A stretch of DNA of 24,000 nt, from positions 209,421 through 233,420 of the forward strand of contig MKTY01000018.1 of NCBI GenBank assembly GCA_001898485.1. Reading direction: 5' to 3'. Below, in pieces: positions 1-8,128 of this stretch. A program made the position numbers and the translations under genes. Source of the stretch: Sphingobacteriales bacterium 46-32 (GTDB lineage: Bacteria > Bacteroidota > Bacteroidia > Chitinophagales > Chitinophagaceae). Position 1 is the stretch's first letter. Every line of letters starts with the position of its first letter. A model generated the notes under the pieces. The model did not search any database. It was not told where the DNA came from and saw only the letters and a list, made by a program, of their open reading frames with translations.

Positions 1-366
1 ACCCTGCTGCCGCAAATCGCTGGTTATTTTTTCAAATTCACTTACAGGCAGACGAAAAGCCAGGTGTTGGGTGCCACCTGCCGGATGGTTTGACAAATAA
101 TCCTGAAACATGCTTTGACCGGAGAGGGGTTGTACCAGTTCAATGAAGCTGCCGCCATTGAAGGTCTGTGTGGTTAGCCACTCCGCGTCTGCAACCTTAC
201 CATGATAGGTCATATGCAGGTCCTGGGCACGCACATGCTGTGGCGGAGGAAAGCCGGTTATGCCCAGCGAACCTTCCAGAAATTTTACGGCAGCGTGGAT
301 ATCAGGCACCACCCAACCAATCTGGGCCAGTTCCAGACCGGCGAGAATTTTGTTAACATCGTTCAT
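1..366 (-). CDS. VOC (glyoxalase/bleomycin-resistance/extradiol dioxygenase) family protein; N-terminal 122 codons only, 3' end runs off the window
   Basis: Absent from the ORF track because no stop codon lies in the window. The reverse complement from CAT at 364-366 reads MNDVNKILAGLELAQIGWVVPDIHAAVKFLEGSLGITGFPPPQHVRAQDLHMTYHGKVADAEWLTTQTFNGGSFIELVQPLSGQSMFQDYLSNHPAGGTQHLAFRLP... and stays open to position 1. The IGWVVPD and ELVQP...GGxQHLAF pattern is typical of VOC modules. Confidence 0.75.
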   Translation of the reverse strand, partial: MNDVNKILAGLELAQIGWVVPDIHAAVKFLEGSLGITGFPPPQHVRAQDLHMTYHGKVADAEWLTTQTFNGGSFIELVQPLSGQSMFQDYLSNHPAGGTQHLAFRLPVSEFEKITSDLRQQG

Positions 367-431
367 GGTAATTGATTGTAGAATTTAACGGAGTAATAAA
401 GATAAAGTGAAGGTTTTTATGTTACCGGGGC

Positions 432-1640
432 TTATTTTTTACGAATACGCCGGCCGGGACGTATAATTTGTGTGTTACCTTTCGTGTCTGTCAGCTGAAT
501 GATAAATTTCTTTTTCCGGAATACAGCCATAGCTGTATTGACAAGTTCTTTTTCACTCCTGATCTCAATGATATCAATTGGTATGACCATGTTGTCGATA
601 TCGTTCTCTGTAAAATAGACTTTTGCCAGAAAAGGATAGGATACCTGCACAGAATCTTTATTTAATAAGTAGGCCATTTTGCCATTTTCAAAAGTCCAGT
701 GCGGCCGGTTATAGATATAACGGGTAGGAGGGGAAAAGAGCAGGGCATCTACTTTTTTATCGTCGAATCGCTTATTGAAAGCATTGTTCTGTCTGTCTGC
801 TAATATAGCATACTGTTTTGCTTTTATGAGATTGAAATAGGGATTGTTGAGTGTATAATCTGAATGTTCCGATAATACAATCTGGTCTACCGTATAGGGA
901 TCTATTCCGGTCAGTTTTTTTAGCTGGGCTGCCATAGGTGTAACCCAGTCTGCTATCGAATCTTCCATGATATGATCAAAACCACAATAGATAACCACCT
1001 TGCTGTTGGGCAGGCTATCGAGTAGCCGGGCGAGGTTTCTGGCCTGTCCGTTTTCTCTTCTCCATTGATTACCGCCTGAGGTATGTTCGTATGGATACAG
1101 TACATAATTCAGCTCATTGGCCGCCCGCATCAGGTTGCCAAACTCCGGTTCCATGGTGTAATAACCACTATTAAGATTAGGGTAGCGGCTGTTTTCTTTG
1201 AACCCCGGCCGGGTAGAAAATGTTTCTGCCGCAAAATAGTTGTAGCCGATCTTTTTAAGATCTTTCAGCATGGAGGTGACAAATACCCGGTTTCGCGGAT
1301 TATAATGCGCTTCATTAAATATAAGCACCCTGTTTTCCCTGGCCTTTTGCAGAATAAACTTTCTGGCATCTGCCGCCCGGTAATTTTTTATGAAGTCAAT
1401 ACTGTCTGCTTCGGAAATTTTTCGTCGGGCAGGTCTGGCTTTATCCCACTCCTGCAGAGCTTCTTTGTATAATCCGATAAAAGATAAGTCAGACGAGGTC
1501 ACACCGCCACGCCAGGAGGCGGAGTCTGTTTTTATCTTTTCATAAATACTGGAAGAGAATTTGTAGGGGAATGGGTCGATAATCTGCGCTTCTGCTTTTT
1601 GTATAAAAAGCAGAAAGAGCAATAATAATGTTTGTCTCAT
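432..1640 (-). CDS. Secreted protein of unknown function, possibly ChaN/Tiki/erythromycin-esterase-like superfamily
   Basis: 402-aa ORF with an N-terminal signal peptide (MRQTLLLLFLLFIQKAEA/Q). The stretch VLIFNEAHYNPRNRVFVTSMLKDLKKIGYNYFAAETF resembles the GxxH...E core of ChaN/Tiki-type proteins, and a later CGFDHI supplies a second His. Coding status is solid. The family call is tentative. Confidence 0.7.
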   Translation of the reverse strand: MRQTLLLLFLLFIQKAEAQIIDPFPYKFSSSIYEKIKTDSASWRGGVTSSDLSFIGLYKEALQEWDKARPARRKISEADSIDFIKNYRAADARKFILQKARENRVLIFNEAHYNPRNRVFVTSMLKDLKKIGYNYFAAETFSTRPGFKENSRYPNLNSGYYTMEPEFGNLMRAANELNYVLYPYEHTSGGNQWRRENGQARNLARLLDSLPNSKVVIYCGFDHIMEDSIADWVTPMAAQLKKLTGIDPYTVDQIVLSEHSDYTLNNPYFNLIKAKQYAILADRQNNAFNKRFDDKKVDALLFSPPTRYIYNRPHWTFENGKMAYLLNKDSVQVSYPFLAKVYFTENDIDNMVIPIDIIEIRSEKELVNTAMAVFRKKKFIIQLTDTKGNTQIIRPGRRIRKK

Positions 1641-1720
1641 GGCTGATGCAGGCTGTCAATAATTTTGGATGACAGCTCTATTTATCTGTTAAAATACGAA
1701 TATCTGATCAATGAAATAAC

Positions 1721-1754
1721 AAATCCGCATACATCATGCGATCTATGCGGATTT
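1721..1754 (-). terminator. Hairpin terminator candidate downstream of the SRPBCC gene
   Basis: Perfect 11-bp inverted repeat: aaatccgcata (1721-1731) pairs with tatgcggattt (1744-1754), with a 12-nt loop. It lies 24 nt after the SRPBCC stop (1778-1780) in the direction of transcription. The flanks are A/T-rich. Confidence 0.55.
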
Positions 1755-1777
1755 TTATCAGACAGATATGTGCTGAG

Positions 1778-2227
1778 TCAGGCATCAGGGATCTCGGGTT
1801 CTACCAGCTTTGCCAGTTTTTCGAGCGACTCCTGCCAGCCGAGGTAGCACATTTCTACAGGTATTACAGATGGAATGCCTTCCTGAGTAATATTAACTTC
1901 TGTACCTGCAATGGTTTTCCGGAGTTTGACGGTAGTGGTCATCTCTCCCGGCAGGTTGGGGTCGTCAAATTTGCTGCTGTATTTAAGGAGCTCGCCGGGC
2001 TTCAGCTCCAGAAATGTACCACCAAATGAATGTCTGTTGCCGGTGGAGAAATTCTGGAACGACATTTTATAAGTACCGCCTTCAACTGCATTTATGTCGT
2101 GAACGATACCCAGAAATCCGTAGGGAGGCAGCCAGGCTGCCCAGGCATTGGCATCGGTAAATGCGCGGTATACTTTCTCCGGCGATGTCTTGAGCATCCG
2201 GTGTAGGGTTACAGTATTATTGGCCAT
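1778..2227 (-). CDS. SRPBCC superfamily protein (AHSA1 / activator of Hsp90 ATPase homolog-like)
   Basis: TLHRMLKTSPEKVYRAFTDANAWAAWLPPYGF...GGTYKMSF...GGTFLELKPGELLKYSSKFDDPNLPGEMTTTVKL...GTEVNITQEGIP...GWQESLEKLAKLVE is the typical AHSA1/SRPBCC layout. The ORF track extends to 2299. I prefer the internal ATG (CAT at 2225-2227, MANNTVTLHR), which gives the usual ~149-aa length. Confidence 0.85.
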   Translation of the reverse strand: MANNTVTLHRMLKTSPEKVYRAFTDANAWAAWLPPYGFLGIVHDINAVEGGTYKMSFQNFSTGNRHSFGGTFLELKPGELLKYSSKFDDPNLPGEMTTTVKLRKTIAGTEVNITQEGIPSVIPVEMCYLGWQESLEKLAKLVEPEIPDA

Positions 2228-2428
2228 AAAAGAAAAAATTTTACTCCTACTCATCTGGCTTTTCGGTGCCGCCCGTTTTTGAAGTGGTTGCTGCTCCACC
2301 TGTCTGTTGTTGCTGCTTCATTGCATCAGCACAACAAAGATGCCGGGAAAAAACGATTCCGGAACTGGTGGAAAGTGCCAATTTTATGGGGGAATTGCGA
2401 CAGATCGGGCTTAAATGTGGCAGGTGCG

Positions 2429-3913
2429 CTATATTGCTGACCGTGAAAACTGGGGCAGCTCAAACCAGAATGCAGCACCATTGCCGGGAGTACTTGTCAC
2501 CTGTATGGATGACTGATGCAGCTCCAGAATTTTTTTGACGATAGCCAGACCAATACCCATTCCCTTTTTGGGTAATTCATCGTTATGCAATTGTTTGTAC
2601 CGTTCAAAAATATACGCCTGATCTTCGGGCGCAATACCGATACCGGTATCTGTTACCTGTACCTGTATGCCAGCGTGTAAAGCCTTAAGCCGGATAGTAA
2701 TGCTGCCTCCGTCGGGGGTAAACTTGAAAGCATTGTCGATGAGATTTTGCAATACCCGTTCAGTAAGTGCAATATCCGCAAATACCGGAGGCAGGCCGTC
2801 TGTGCACTCGAGGGTAAGTGTGATGTTGCGTTCCCGTGCTTTGAGCTGGTACGCAGAGAGTATATCTGCCACCAGCTCATTGAGCAGAAATTGTTCTTTT
2901 TCGGGGCTTACCTGATTGGCTTCCAGTTTGGCATATTGAAACAGCTGCTCTACGAGTACGGACAATTTTTTCGAACTCTCCTGTACTATTGTTAAATATT
3001 TTGTTTTTTCGGCATCGCTCAGGTTATCTTTTTTTATAAGCAGGGTTTCAGAGTAGCCCTGTATAATAGAGAGGGGAGTGCGCAGGTCGTGTGAGATATT
3101 GGCAATGAGTTCCTGTCGGAATTTATCAGTGGCACTGATCCTGTCAAAATTATCGACAATCACATCGGCCATTTCGTTGAAGGTAGAGGTAAGCATACCG
3201 AGGTTGCCACGGGCATGCCCTTCTATACGTGCGCCATAGTCGCCTTCTTTGAATTTGCGTACCACGCCGGCAATCTGGCAGATACTGTCTGTGATGAGAA
3301 AGAAGGTAATGATACCTACAATGAGCGCAATCAGCAATACGGAAAGAAAAAGGTATTTGCCCAGGCGAAATGAAAGATCGCTATTGAGGGTATTCAGGAT
3401 TTCTTTCTGCTTTTCGCTGGATAATACAGCATAGACGTACCCCATTAATACGCCATTTTCATAGAGCGGGGCTGCAGAGAAAATACTGGCTTCACCGGGC
3501 TGTTTGGGGTTGTCGCCCATAGGCTTTTCGCCGTCTTTTACAGCAAGCCATTCTTTTACCCGGCTGATGTTGACCTGGTGCTGCTGCACGGATTTGTCAG
3601 GTACTACAAAGTCGGTGATCCTGCCCGTAGTATCCAGCAGATAGACCTCCACACTCGGATTGGCTACCATCATGGAGTGTATGATATCGTGTGTGACGGT
3701 TGTATCGGGCTTCCCATTCTTCAGCGGATGAGTAACATTGGCCAGGTGGGAGGCCACATTGCCATACAGCTCCTGGTGTGCCCTGGTATAATAGGAGCGT
3801 GACAGTTTTGAGCCAATTACCATATACACCACTCCCAGTATGACCAGCAATACAGAAAATACAGCAGTTATTTTCCAAAACAACAGGTTGCCTCTTATAG
3901 TTTTTACAGACAT
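2429..3913 (-). CDS. Sensor histidine kinase (two TM segments, ~150-aa periplasmic sensor, HAMP, HisKA, HATPase_c)
   Basis: TM1 is LLFWKITAVFSVLLVILGVVYMVIG and TM2 is YLFLSVLLIALIVGIITFFLI. A HAMP-like region follows (VVRKFKEGDYGARIE...TSTFNEMADVI). Kinase boxes are present: H-box ELIANISHDLRTPLSII, N-box LQNLIDNAFKFT, G1 VTDTGIGI, G2 KGMGIGLAIV. It starts 12 nt after the response-regulator stop. Confidence 0.93.
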   Translation of the reverse strand: MSVKTIRGNLLFWKITAVFSVLLVILGVVYMVIGSKLSRSYYTRAHQELYGNVASHLANVTHPLKNGKPDTTVTHDIIHSMMVANPSVEVYLLDTTGRITDFVVPDKSVQQHQVNISRVKEWLAVKDGEKPMGDNPKQPGEASIFSAAPLYENGVLMGYVYAVLSSEKQKEILNTLNSDLSFRLGKYLFLSVLLIALIVGIITFFLITDSICQIAGVVRKFKEGDYGARIEGHARGNLGMLTSTFNEMADVIVDNFDRISATDKFRQELIANISHDLRTPLSIIQGYSETLLIKKDNLSDAEKTKYLTIVQESSKKLSVLVEQLFQYAKLEANQVSPEKEQFLLNELVADILSAYQLKARERNITLTLECTDGLPPVFADIALTERVLQNLIDNAFKFTPDGGSITIRLKALHAGIQVQVTDTGIGIAPEDQAYIFERYKQLHNDELPKKGMGIGLAIVKKILELHQSSIQVTSTPGNGAAFWFELPQFSRSAI

Positions 3914-3925
3914 ATATACGTTGCT

Positions 3926-4630
3926 TTATAATTCTTCATTGAAACGGTATCCGACTCCCCAGGTGGTCAGAATGAAACGGGGTTTTGAAATGTCTTCTTC
4001 AATTTTTCCGCGCAAGCGGTTTATATGCGAGTTGACGGTATGTTCATATCCCTCGAAGTCGTATCCCCAAACCAGGTTGAGCAGGCGTTTTCGGCTATAG
4101 CTTTTACCGGGGTTGGAAGCCAGTAGCGTGATCAGGTCAAACTCTTTTGGAGACAAATCCACCCTGTTTTCATGGAGCATAACCTTTCGTTTGTCTGTAT
4201 CAATCACCAGGCCCGAAAACCGGATGATTGAAGAAGCCGGTAAAACCTCCTGCGCAGATCCATAATCTTCTTTTCGCCGAAAGATCACTTTTACGCGGGC
4301 TATAAATTCTCTTACACTGAATGGTTTGGTGAGATAATCATCGGCTCCTGTTTCCAGTCCCAGTACTTTATCAATCTCTTCCGATTTGGCAGACAGTATC
4401 AGGATAGGGGTATGCCGGTCTGTTTGCCGGATGCGCCGGCATACATCCATTCCATTCATACCGGGCAGCATAAGGTCCAGGATCACCAGGTCAAATGATT
4501 GTTCCAGTACCGCGGTCAGCCCCTCCTGGCCATTCGCTACGGCTACAACTTCGCAGCCCAGGTCGTGCAAATGGATACTAAGCAGTTCCACAATATTGGC
4601 ATCGTCTTCCAGTAGCAATACCCTGTTCAT
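3926..4630 (-). CDS. OmpR/PhoB-family response regulator (receiver plus winged-helix DNA-binding domain)
   Basis: Receiver motifs are present: RVLLLEDD, DLVILDLMLPGMNG, PILILSAK. The C-terminal winged helix reads LSPKEFDLITLLASNPGKSYSRKRLLNLVWG...VNSHINRLRGKI...LTTWGVGYRF. I chose the start at the internal ATG (CAT 4628-4630, MNRVLLLEDD) instead of the track start at 4660. Confidence 0.92.
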   Translation of the reverse strand: MNRVLLLEDDANIVELLSIHLHDLGCEVVAVANGQEGLTAVLEQSFDLVILDLMLPGMNGMDVCRRIRQTDRHTPILILSAKSEEIDKVLGLETGADDYLTKPFSVREFIARVKVIFRRKEDYGSAQEVLPASSIIRFSGLVIDTDKRKVMLHENRVDLSPKEFDLITLLASNPGKSYSRKRLLNLVWGYDFEGYEHTVNSHINRLRGKIEEDISKPRFILTTWGVGYRFNEEL

Positions 4631-4695
4631 AGATTCCTGATTGAGATAAATGTTTTTCAAAATTCAGTAAAAAAAACCATCCGCTCTGCGCTGTG

Positions 4696-4715
4696 ATACT
4701 TTTGTTATACTTCTG
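4696..4715 (+). promoter_or_regulatory. Candidate Bacteroidota -7 box (TACTTTTG, 4697-4704) inside a tandem direct repeat ATACTTTTG / ATACTTCTG spaced 11 bp apart
   Basis: Exact match to the Bacteroidetes sigma-A -7 consensus TAnnTTTG, about 65 nt upstream of the spondin-like gene ATG at 4770. The 9-mers at 4696-4704 and 4707-4715 are identical at 8 of 9 positions. They start one helical turn apart, which is the usual geometry for OmpR/PhoB-family binding sites. The site sits in the divergent regulator/spondin intergenic region. Confidence 0.35.
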
Positions 4716-4769
4716 CGACCCCTTTGGGATATCGTCTCCGTTTCTTTGACCTGTCAAAAAAACAAGAAG

Positions 4770-6065
4770 ATGAAACAGAACAATTTAAGAGCTTTAACTG
4801 CACTGTCGCTCAGCCTTTTTTTCGCATCCTGTCAGAAAGATGATGCGGTAGTGCCCCAATCCGGTACCATTAGTATCGAAAATGTACTGGATAGTAAACC
4901 ACTGGTTCAATCGGGTACTTTTAAAGGCACAGGCACCCCGCCGGTAATTTTTCCCGGCCAGTCGGTTTCCTTCACTATTTCTGCCGCAAAAAACCAGCGC
5001 CTCACGTTTGCAACGATGTATGGATGGAGTAATGACCTGTTTTTTGCGCCTGCCAATCCCGGCATTCAGCTATATGAAAATGACGGAACTCCTATCGTCG
5101 GCGATGTTTCGGCCGCGGTAAAATTATGGGATAATGGTACCCGCGTCAATCAGGCGCCGGGTATGAGCGTGACTCATCCAGGCACATCGGAAGCTACCGT
5201 TAAAAACATAAAAGAGGTGACGGGGATGGATGATTATGGTAATACCTACCTGCCAGCCTCCCAGCTTATGAAGGTATCGCTGGCTTATAATGGCAATTCC
5301 ATGTTTACCGTGACTATTATGAATAACTCGGGTGGTACCGCGAATGAGACACCTTTTAGCCCCGGTGTATGGGCTATATCCTATGTGGCAGGAGGCAATC
5401 TGCTGTTGCCTGAGCCAATCTATTCATCGGGCAAGCCAACGGCCAATGGTCTTACAGCTATAGCAGAAGCGGGTGACAATGCTGCGATGAGTGCTTACCT
5501 GACCGAAGAGACCGGCATTTTTACCCCCCTGTCTCCTGTGCTGGTAGTGGTGTACAGGGGCAGTGTCAATCCTTTTTATAAAACTGGAGAGAACGATCGT
5601 GGTGAAGGATTAAAAGAACTGGCACAAAAAGGCAATGCAGATATACTCGCTGCTGCGCTGAAAACGAAGTCAGGGGTTAAAAATGTATATGTATTAAAAG
5701 AATCTGTCAGTACGGTCTTGCTTCCGCGTATCAACGGAGCCGATGGGGGTAAGGTTTCGCAATTGCTTAGCATCGTTCCCGGCGACAGAATAGCCATTGC
5801 CACGATGTACGGTTTTTCGAACGACTGGTTCTTTGCTACTACCGGCAATGATATAGACGCTACACAAAAAGGAGATGTATCAGCCGCTATTGGATTGTTT
5901 GATGACGGCACTGCTATTAATCAGTTCCCCGGTGCAGGCATTACCCAGTTTAACCTGGCCGGTACGCCACTCAATGAAAGTAAGGCGATCGAAGCTGTGC
6001 CCAATCCCAATGCCTTTACCAGCTTGCCGGCATTGACCAATATTATTAAGGTGACGCTGCAATAA
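4770..6065 (+). CDS. Lipoprotein with two tandem spondin_N-like domains
   Basis: Lipobox LSLFFAS-C, followed by QKDD. There is an internal duplication: ATMYGWSNDLFFAP...GDVSAAVKLWDNGTRVNQAPG versus ATMYGFSNDWFFAT...GDVSAAIGLFDDGTAINQFPG. With FSPGVWA between them, these resemble bacterial spondin_N (F-spondin N-terminal) domain proteins. The start is set at ATG 4770; the track's TTG at 4746 adds 8 residues before the signal peptide. Confidence 0.8.
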   Translation: MKQNNLRALTALSLSLFFASCQKDDAVVPQSGTISIENVLDSKPLVQSGTFKGTGTPPVIFPGQSVSFTISAAKNQRLTFATMYGWSNDLFFAPANPGIQLYENDGTPIVGDVSAAVKLWDNGTRVNQAPGMSVTHPGTSEATVKNIKEVTGMDDYGNTYLPASQLMKVSLAYNGNSMFTVTIMNNSGGTANETPFSPGVWAISYVAGGNLLLPEPIYSSGKPTANGLTAIAEAGDNAAMSAYLTEETGIFTPLSPVLVVVYRGSVNPFYKTGENDRGEGLKELAQKGNADILAAALKTKSGVKNVYVLKESVSTVLLPRINGADGGKVSQLLSIVPGDRIAIATMYGFSNDWFFATTGNDIDATQKGDVSAAIGLFDDGTAINQFPGAGITQFNLAGTPLNESKAIEAVPNPNAFTSLPALTNIIKVTLQ

Positions 6066-6074
6066 AGAAATAAA

Positions 6075-6128
6075 CATGCCCGGAGCGACAGGGAGGGTTG
6101 GTGGTTTAAACTCCGGGTATGTTTTCTC
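6075..6128 (+). terminator. Hairpin plus U-tract terminator candidate after the spondin-like gene
   Basis: catgcccggag (6075-6085) pairs with ctccgggtatg (6111-6121) as an 11-bp stem containing one G-U pair. It is followed by ttttctc (6122-6128). The 25-nt G-rich loop is unusually large, which weakens the call. Confidence 0.45.
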
Positions 6129-6235
6129 ACTTAGCGAATACAAATCCGGCTATACAACTGCATTTATTGGCCGATGGGCCTGCAGAAAGAGACGCAGCAG
6201 GTATTCCGTAGTTTATTTAAATAAAACAGTAAAAG

Positions 6236-6703
6236 ATGAAAAGTATTATCTCTACACTGGCACTGCTGGTTTTGTTAAGCTGTCAGCTGTTTGGCCAGTC
6301 GGCAGATGTGCGCAGGAAGCAATTTAATCTCAGCAAATCAGGTCTGGCCATAGATGGTTACGATCCTGTTGCCTACTTTATAAGCAATAAAGCCATTGAG
6401 GGCCGCAAAGATATCAGCACGGCTTATGATGGCGTAACCTATCGGTTTGCCAATACGCAGAACAGAGACGCCTTTGCCGCCAATCCTGCAAAATATGAAC
6501 CGCAGTATGGCGGCTGGTGCGCCTATGCGATGGGCGCCAAAGGAGAGAAGGTGGAGGTTGATCCCGAAACGTTCAAGATCGTTAATGGTAAACTATACCT
6601 TTTTTATAACAGTTTTTTTAATAACACACTCAAAAGCTGGAATAAAGACGAAAGCCGCCTGAAGTCTAATGCAGATCAGAGTTGGACCAAATTTATCCGG
6701 TAA
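6236..6703 (+). CDS. YHS domain-containing (seleno)protein family member (Cys form), probable lipoprotein
   Basis: Signal/lipobox MKSIISTLALLVLLS-C. Family motifs are GYDPVAYF, YDGVTYRFAN..NRDAFAANPAKYEPQYGGWCAYAM and NGKLYLFYN. Confidence 0.85.
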   Translation: MKSIISTLALLVLLSCQLFGQSADVRRKQFNLSKSGLAIDGYDPVAYFISNKAIEGRKDISTAYDGVTYRFANTQNRDAFAANPAKYEPQYGGWCAYAMGAKGEKVEVDPETFKIVNGKLYLFYNSFFNNTLKSWNKDESRLKSNADQSWTKFIR

Positions 6704-6745
6704 TACAGAAGCATTAATTAGTCATCAATAAATGGAAACACAACA

Positions 6746-7189
6746 ATGAGAAATGTATTTTTTGCAGCAGCGCTTATATTTTTTGCATCATGCAGCACAA
6801 CGGCCCAGAAACAGGAAGTTTTTACTGTAGATGGAAAGGCGATAAGAGGGTATGATCCGGTAGCTTTTTTCAAAGAGTCGAAACCTGTAAAGGGTGTTGA
6901 CAGTCTTTCGTATGTGTATAAAGAGGTGCTATGGCTGTTTTCGTCAGCAGAAAACCTGGCAGCATTCAAAGCCGACCCCGATAAATATACCCCCCAGTAT
7001 GGAGGCTACTGTGCTTATGGCACTGCAGATGGCCATAAGGCACCTACGCAGCCCGAGACCTGGACGATTGTAAATGATAAACTCTATTTCAATTATAACC
7101 TGAAAGTAAAGCAATCGTGGGATAAAAATCGTGCAGCCCTGATAGAGAAAGCAGACGAACAATGGCCGGCTGTAAAACAACAGAAATAA
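6746..7189 (+). CDS. YHS domain-containing (seleno)protein family member (Cys form), probable lipoprotein; tandem paralog
   Basis: Lipobox ALIFFAS-C. Motifs are GYDPVAFF, LWLFSSAENLAAFKADPDKYTPQYGGYCAYG and NDKLYFNYN. It has the same architecture as the upstream gene, 42 nt away. Confidence 0.85.
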   Translation: MRNVFFAAALIFFASCSTTAQKQEVFTVDGKAIRGYDPVAFFKESKPVKGVDSLSYVYKEVLWLFSSAENLAAFKADPDKYTPQYGGYCAYGTADGHKAPTQPETWTIVNDKLYFNYNLKVKQSWDKNRAALIEKADEQWPAVKQQK

Positions 7190-7226
7190 TATTCATAATC
7201 TCCATTTTACCTTATTAAACCGAAAT

Positions 7227-7634
7227 ATGAGTGCCAGATCAAAAACTGTCATTGCCTGGGTATGCCGGATCATAGCAGCGGCAATTATGTTGCAGACACT
7301 GTTTTTCAAATTTACGGCAGCGCCGGAGTCGGTCTATATTTTTTCGGCACTTGGCATGGAACCCTGGGGCAGAATAGGTACGGGTATACTGGAGTTGACC
7401 GCTTCGGTGCTTATACTACTGCCTGCTGCTACCGTTTATGGGGCGGTACTTGGTTTGGGGTTAATGGGAGGCGCACTTTTTTTTCACTTTACACGGCTGG
7501 GTATAGTAGTACAGGATGACTCAGGACAACTGTTTATATACGCCTTACTGGTGTTTATCAGTTGCCTGGTATTGCTTATGCTGTATAAAGAACAAGCTAT
7601 CCGGTTGGTAACGATTTTTAAACGGAGCAAATAA
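7227..7634 (+). CDS. DoxX family integral membrane protein
   Basis: 135 aa with four hydrophobic helices (IIAAAIMLQTLFFKF, GILELTASVLILLP, VYGAVLGLGLMGGALFFH, IYALLVFISCLVLLML). Size and pattern are typical of DoxX-like proteins. Confidence 0.8.
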   Translation: MSARSKTVIAWVCRIIAAAIMLQTLFFKFTAAPESVYIFSALGMEPWGRIGTGILELTASVLILLPAATVYGAVLGLGLMGGALFFHFTRLGIVVQDDSGQLFIYALLVFISCLVLLMLYKEQAIRLVTIFKRSK

Positions 7635-8128
7635 TGAGTCAGCAAATAGGTCAACCTGCCACAGCATTGATATACCAGCTGATCACATTACTGGAAAATC
7701 TATCTGATGAGCAGTATGTGAGAAAAATTTCATTATTGTCGAAAGCATCTCTTGGGCAGCATACCCGTCATATTATCGAGTTTTTCCTGGAGCTGGAAAA
7801 AGGGTATAATACTGGTATTGTCAATTATGATAGCAGGGAGCGCGATCGTGTTATAGAAACGAAGCGCCATTTTGCGATAGAAACTTTGCTGTATATTAAT
7901 GCCGGTATTGAAAAGCCCGACAAACTTATGGCGCTGAAGACTGATTATGAATCAGAAAACAGCATCTCTACCAGCTATCATCGTGAGCTGCTTTATGCGA
8001 TGGAGCATACTGTTCATCATATGGCCCTGTTAAGGATAGGAGTAGGGATCATATCAAATGTAGTATTGCCAGAAAACTTTGGTGTGGCGGCTTCTACTAT
8101 CAAATACCGGAATCAATGTGCACAGTAA
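7634..8128 (+). CDS. DinB-like (DinB_2/YfiT-type four-helix bundle) protein
   Basis: 164 aa with a candidate His triad: GQHTRHIIEFF near the N-terminus and MEHTVHHMALL near the C-terminus. The start ATG overlaps the DoxX stop (TAATG at 7632-7636). Confidence 0.75.
   Translation: MSQQIGQPATALIYQLITLLENLSDEQYVRKISLLSKASLGQHTRHIIEFFLELEKGYNTGIVNYDSRERDRVIETKRHFAIETLLYINAGIEKPDKLMALKTDYESENSISTSYHRELLYAMEHTVHHMALLRIGVGIISNVVLPENFGVAASTIKYRNQCAQ

Noticed and set aside
168-356. 62-aa plus-strand ORF at the left edge
   Set aside because: It is antisense to a well-formed VOC-family reading frame that stays open from 366 to position 1. Its composition (Pro/Arg/Ala-rich) is typical of an antisense frame.
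6086-6110. G-rich hairpin loop (gggagggttggtgg) that could in principle form a two-tetrad G-quadruplex
   Set aside because: It has only two GGG and two GG tracts. A weak two-layer G4 is not distinguishable from chance, and the simpler reading is a terminator hairpin with a large loop.
6236-7189. Possible selenocysteine recoding (in-frame TGA plus SECIS) in the YHS (seleno)protein genes
   Set aside because: Both genes encode the critical residue as TGC (Cys). Neither ORF contains an in-frame TGA, so these are the Cys forms.
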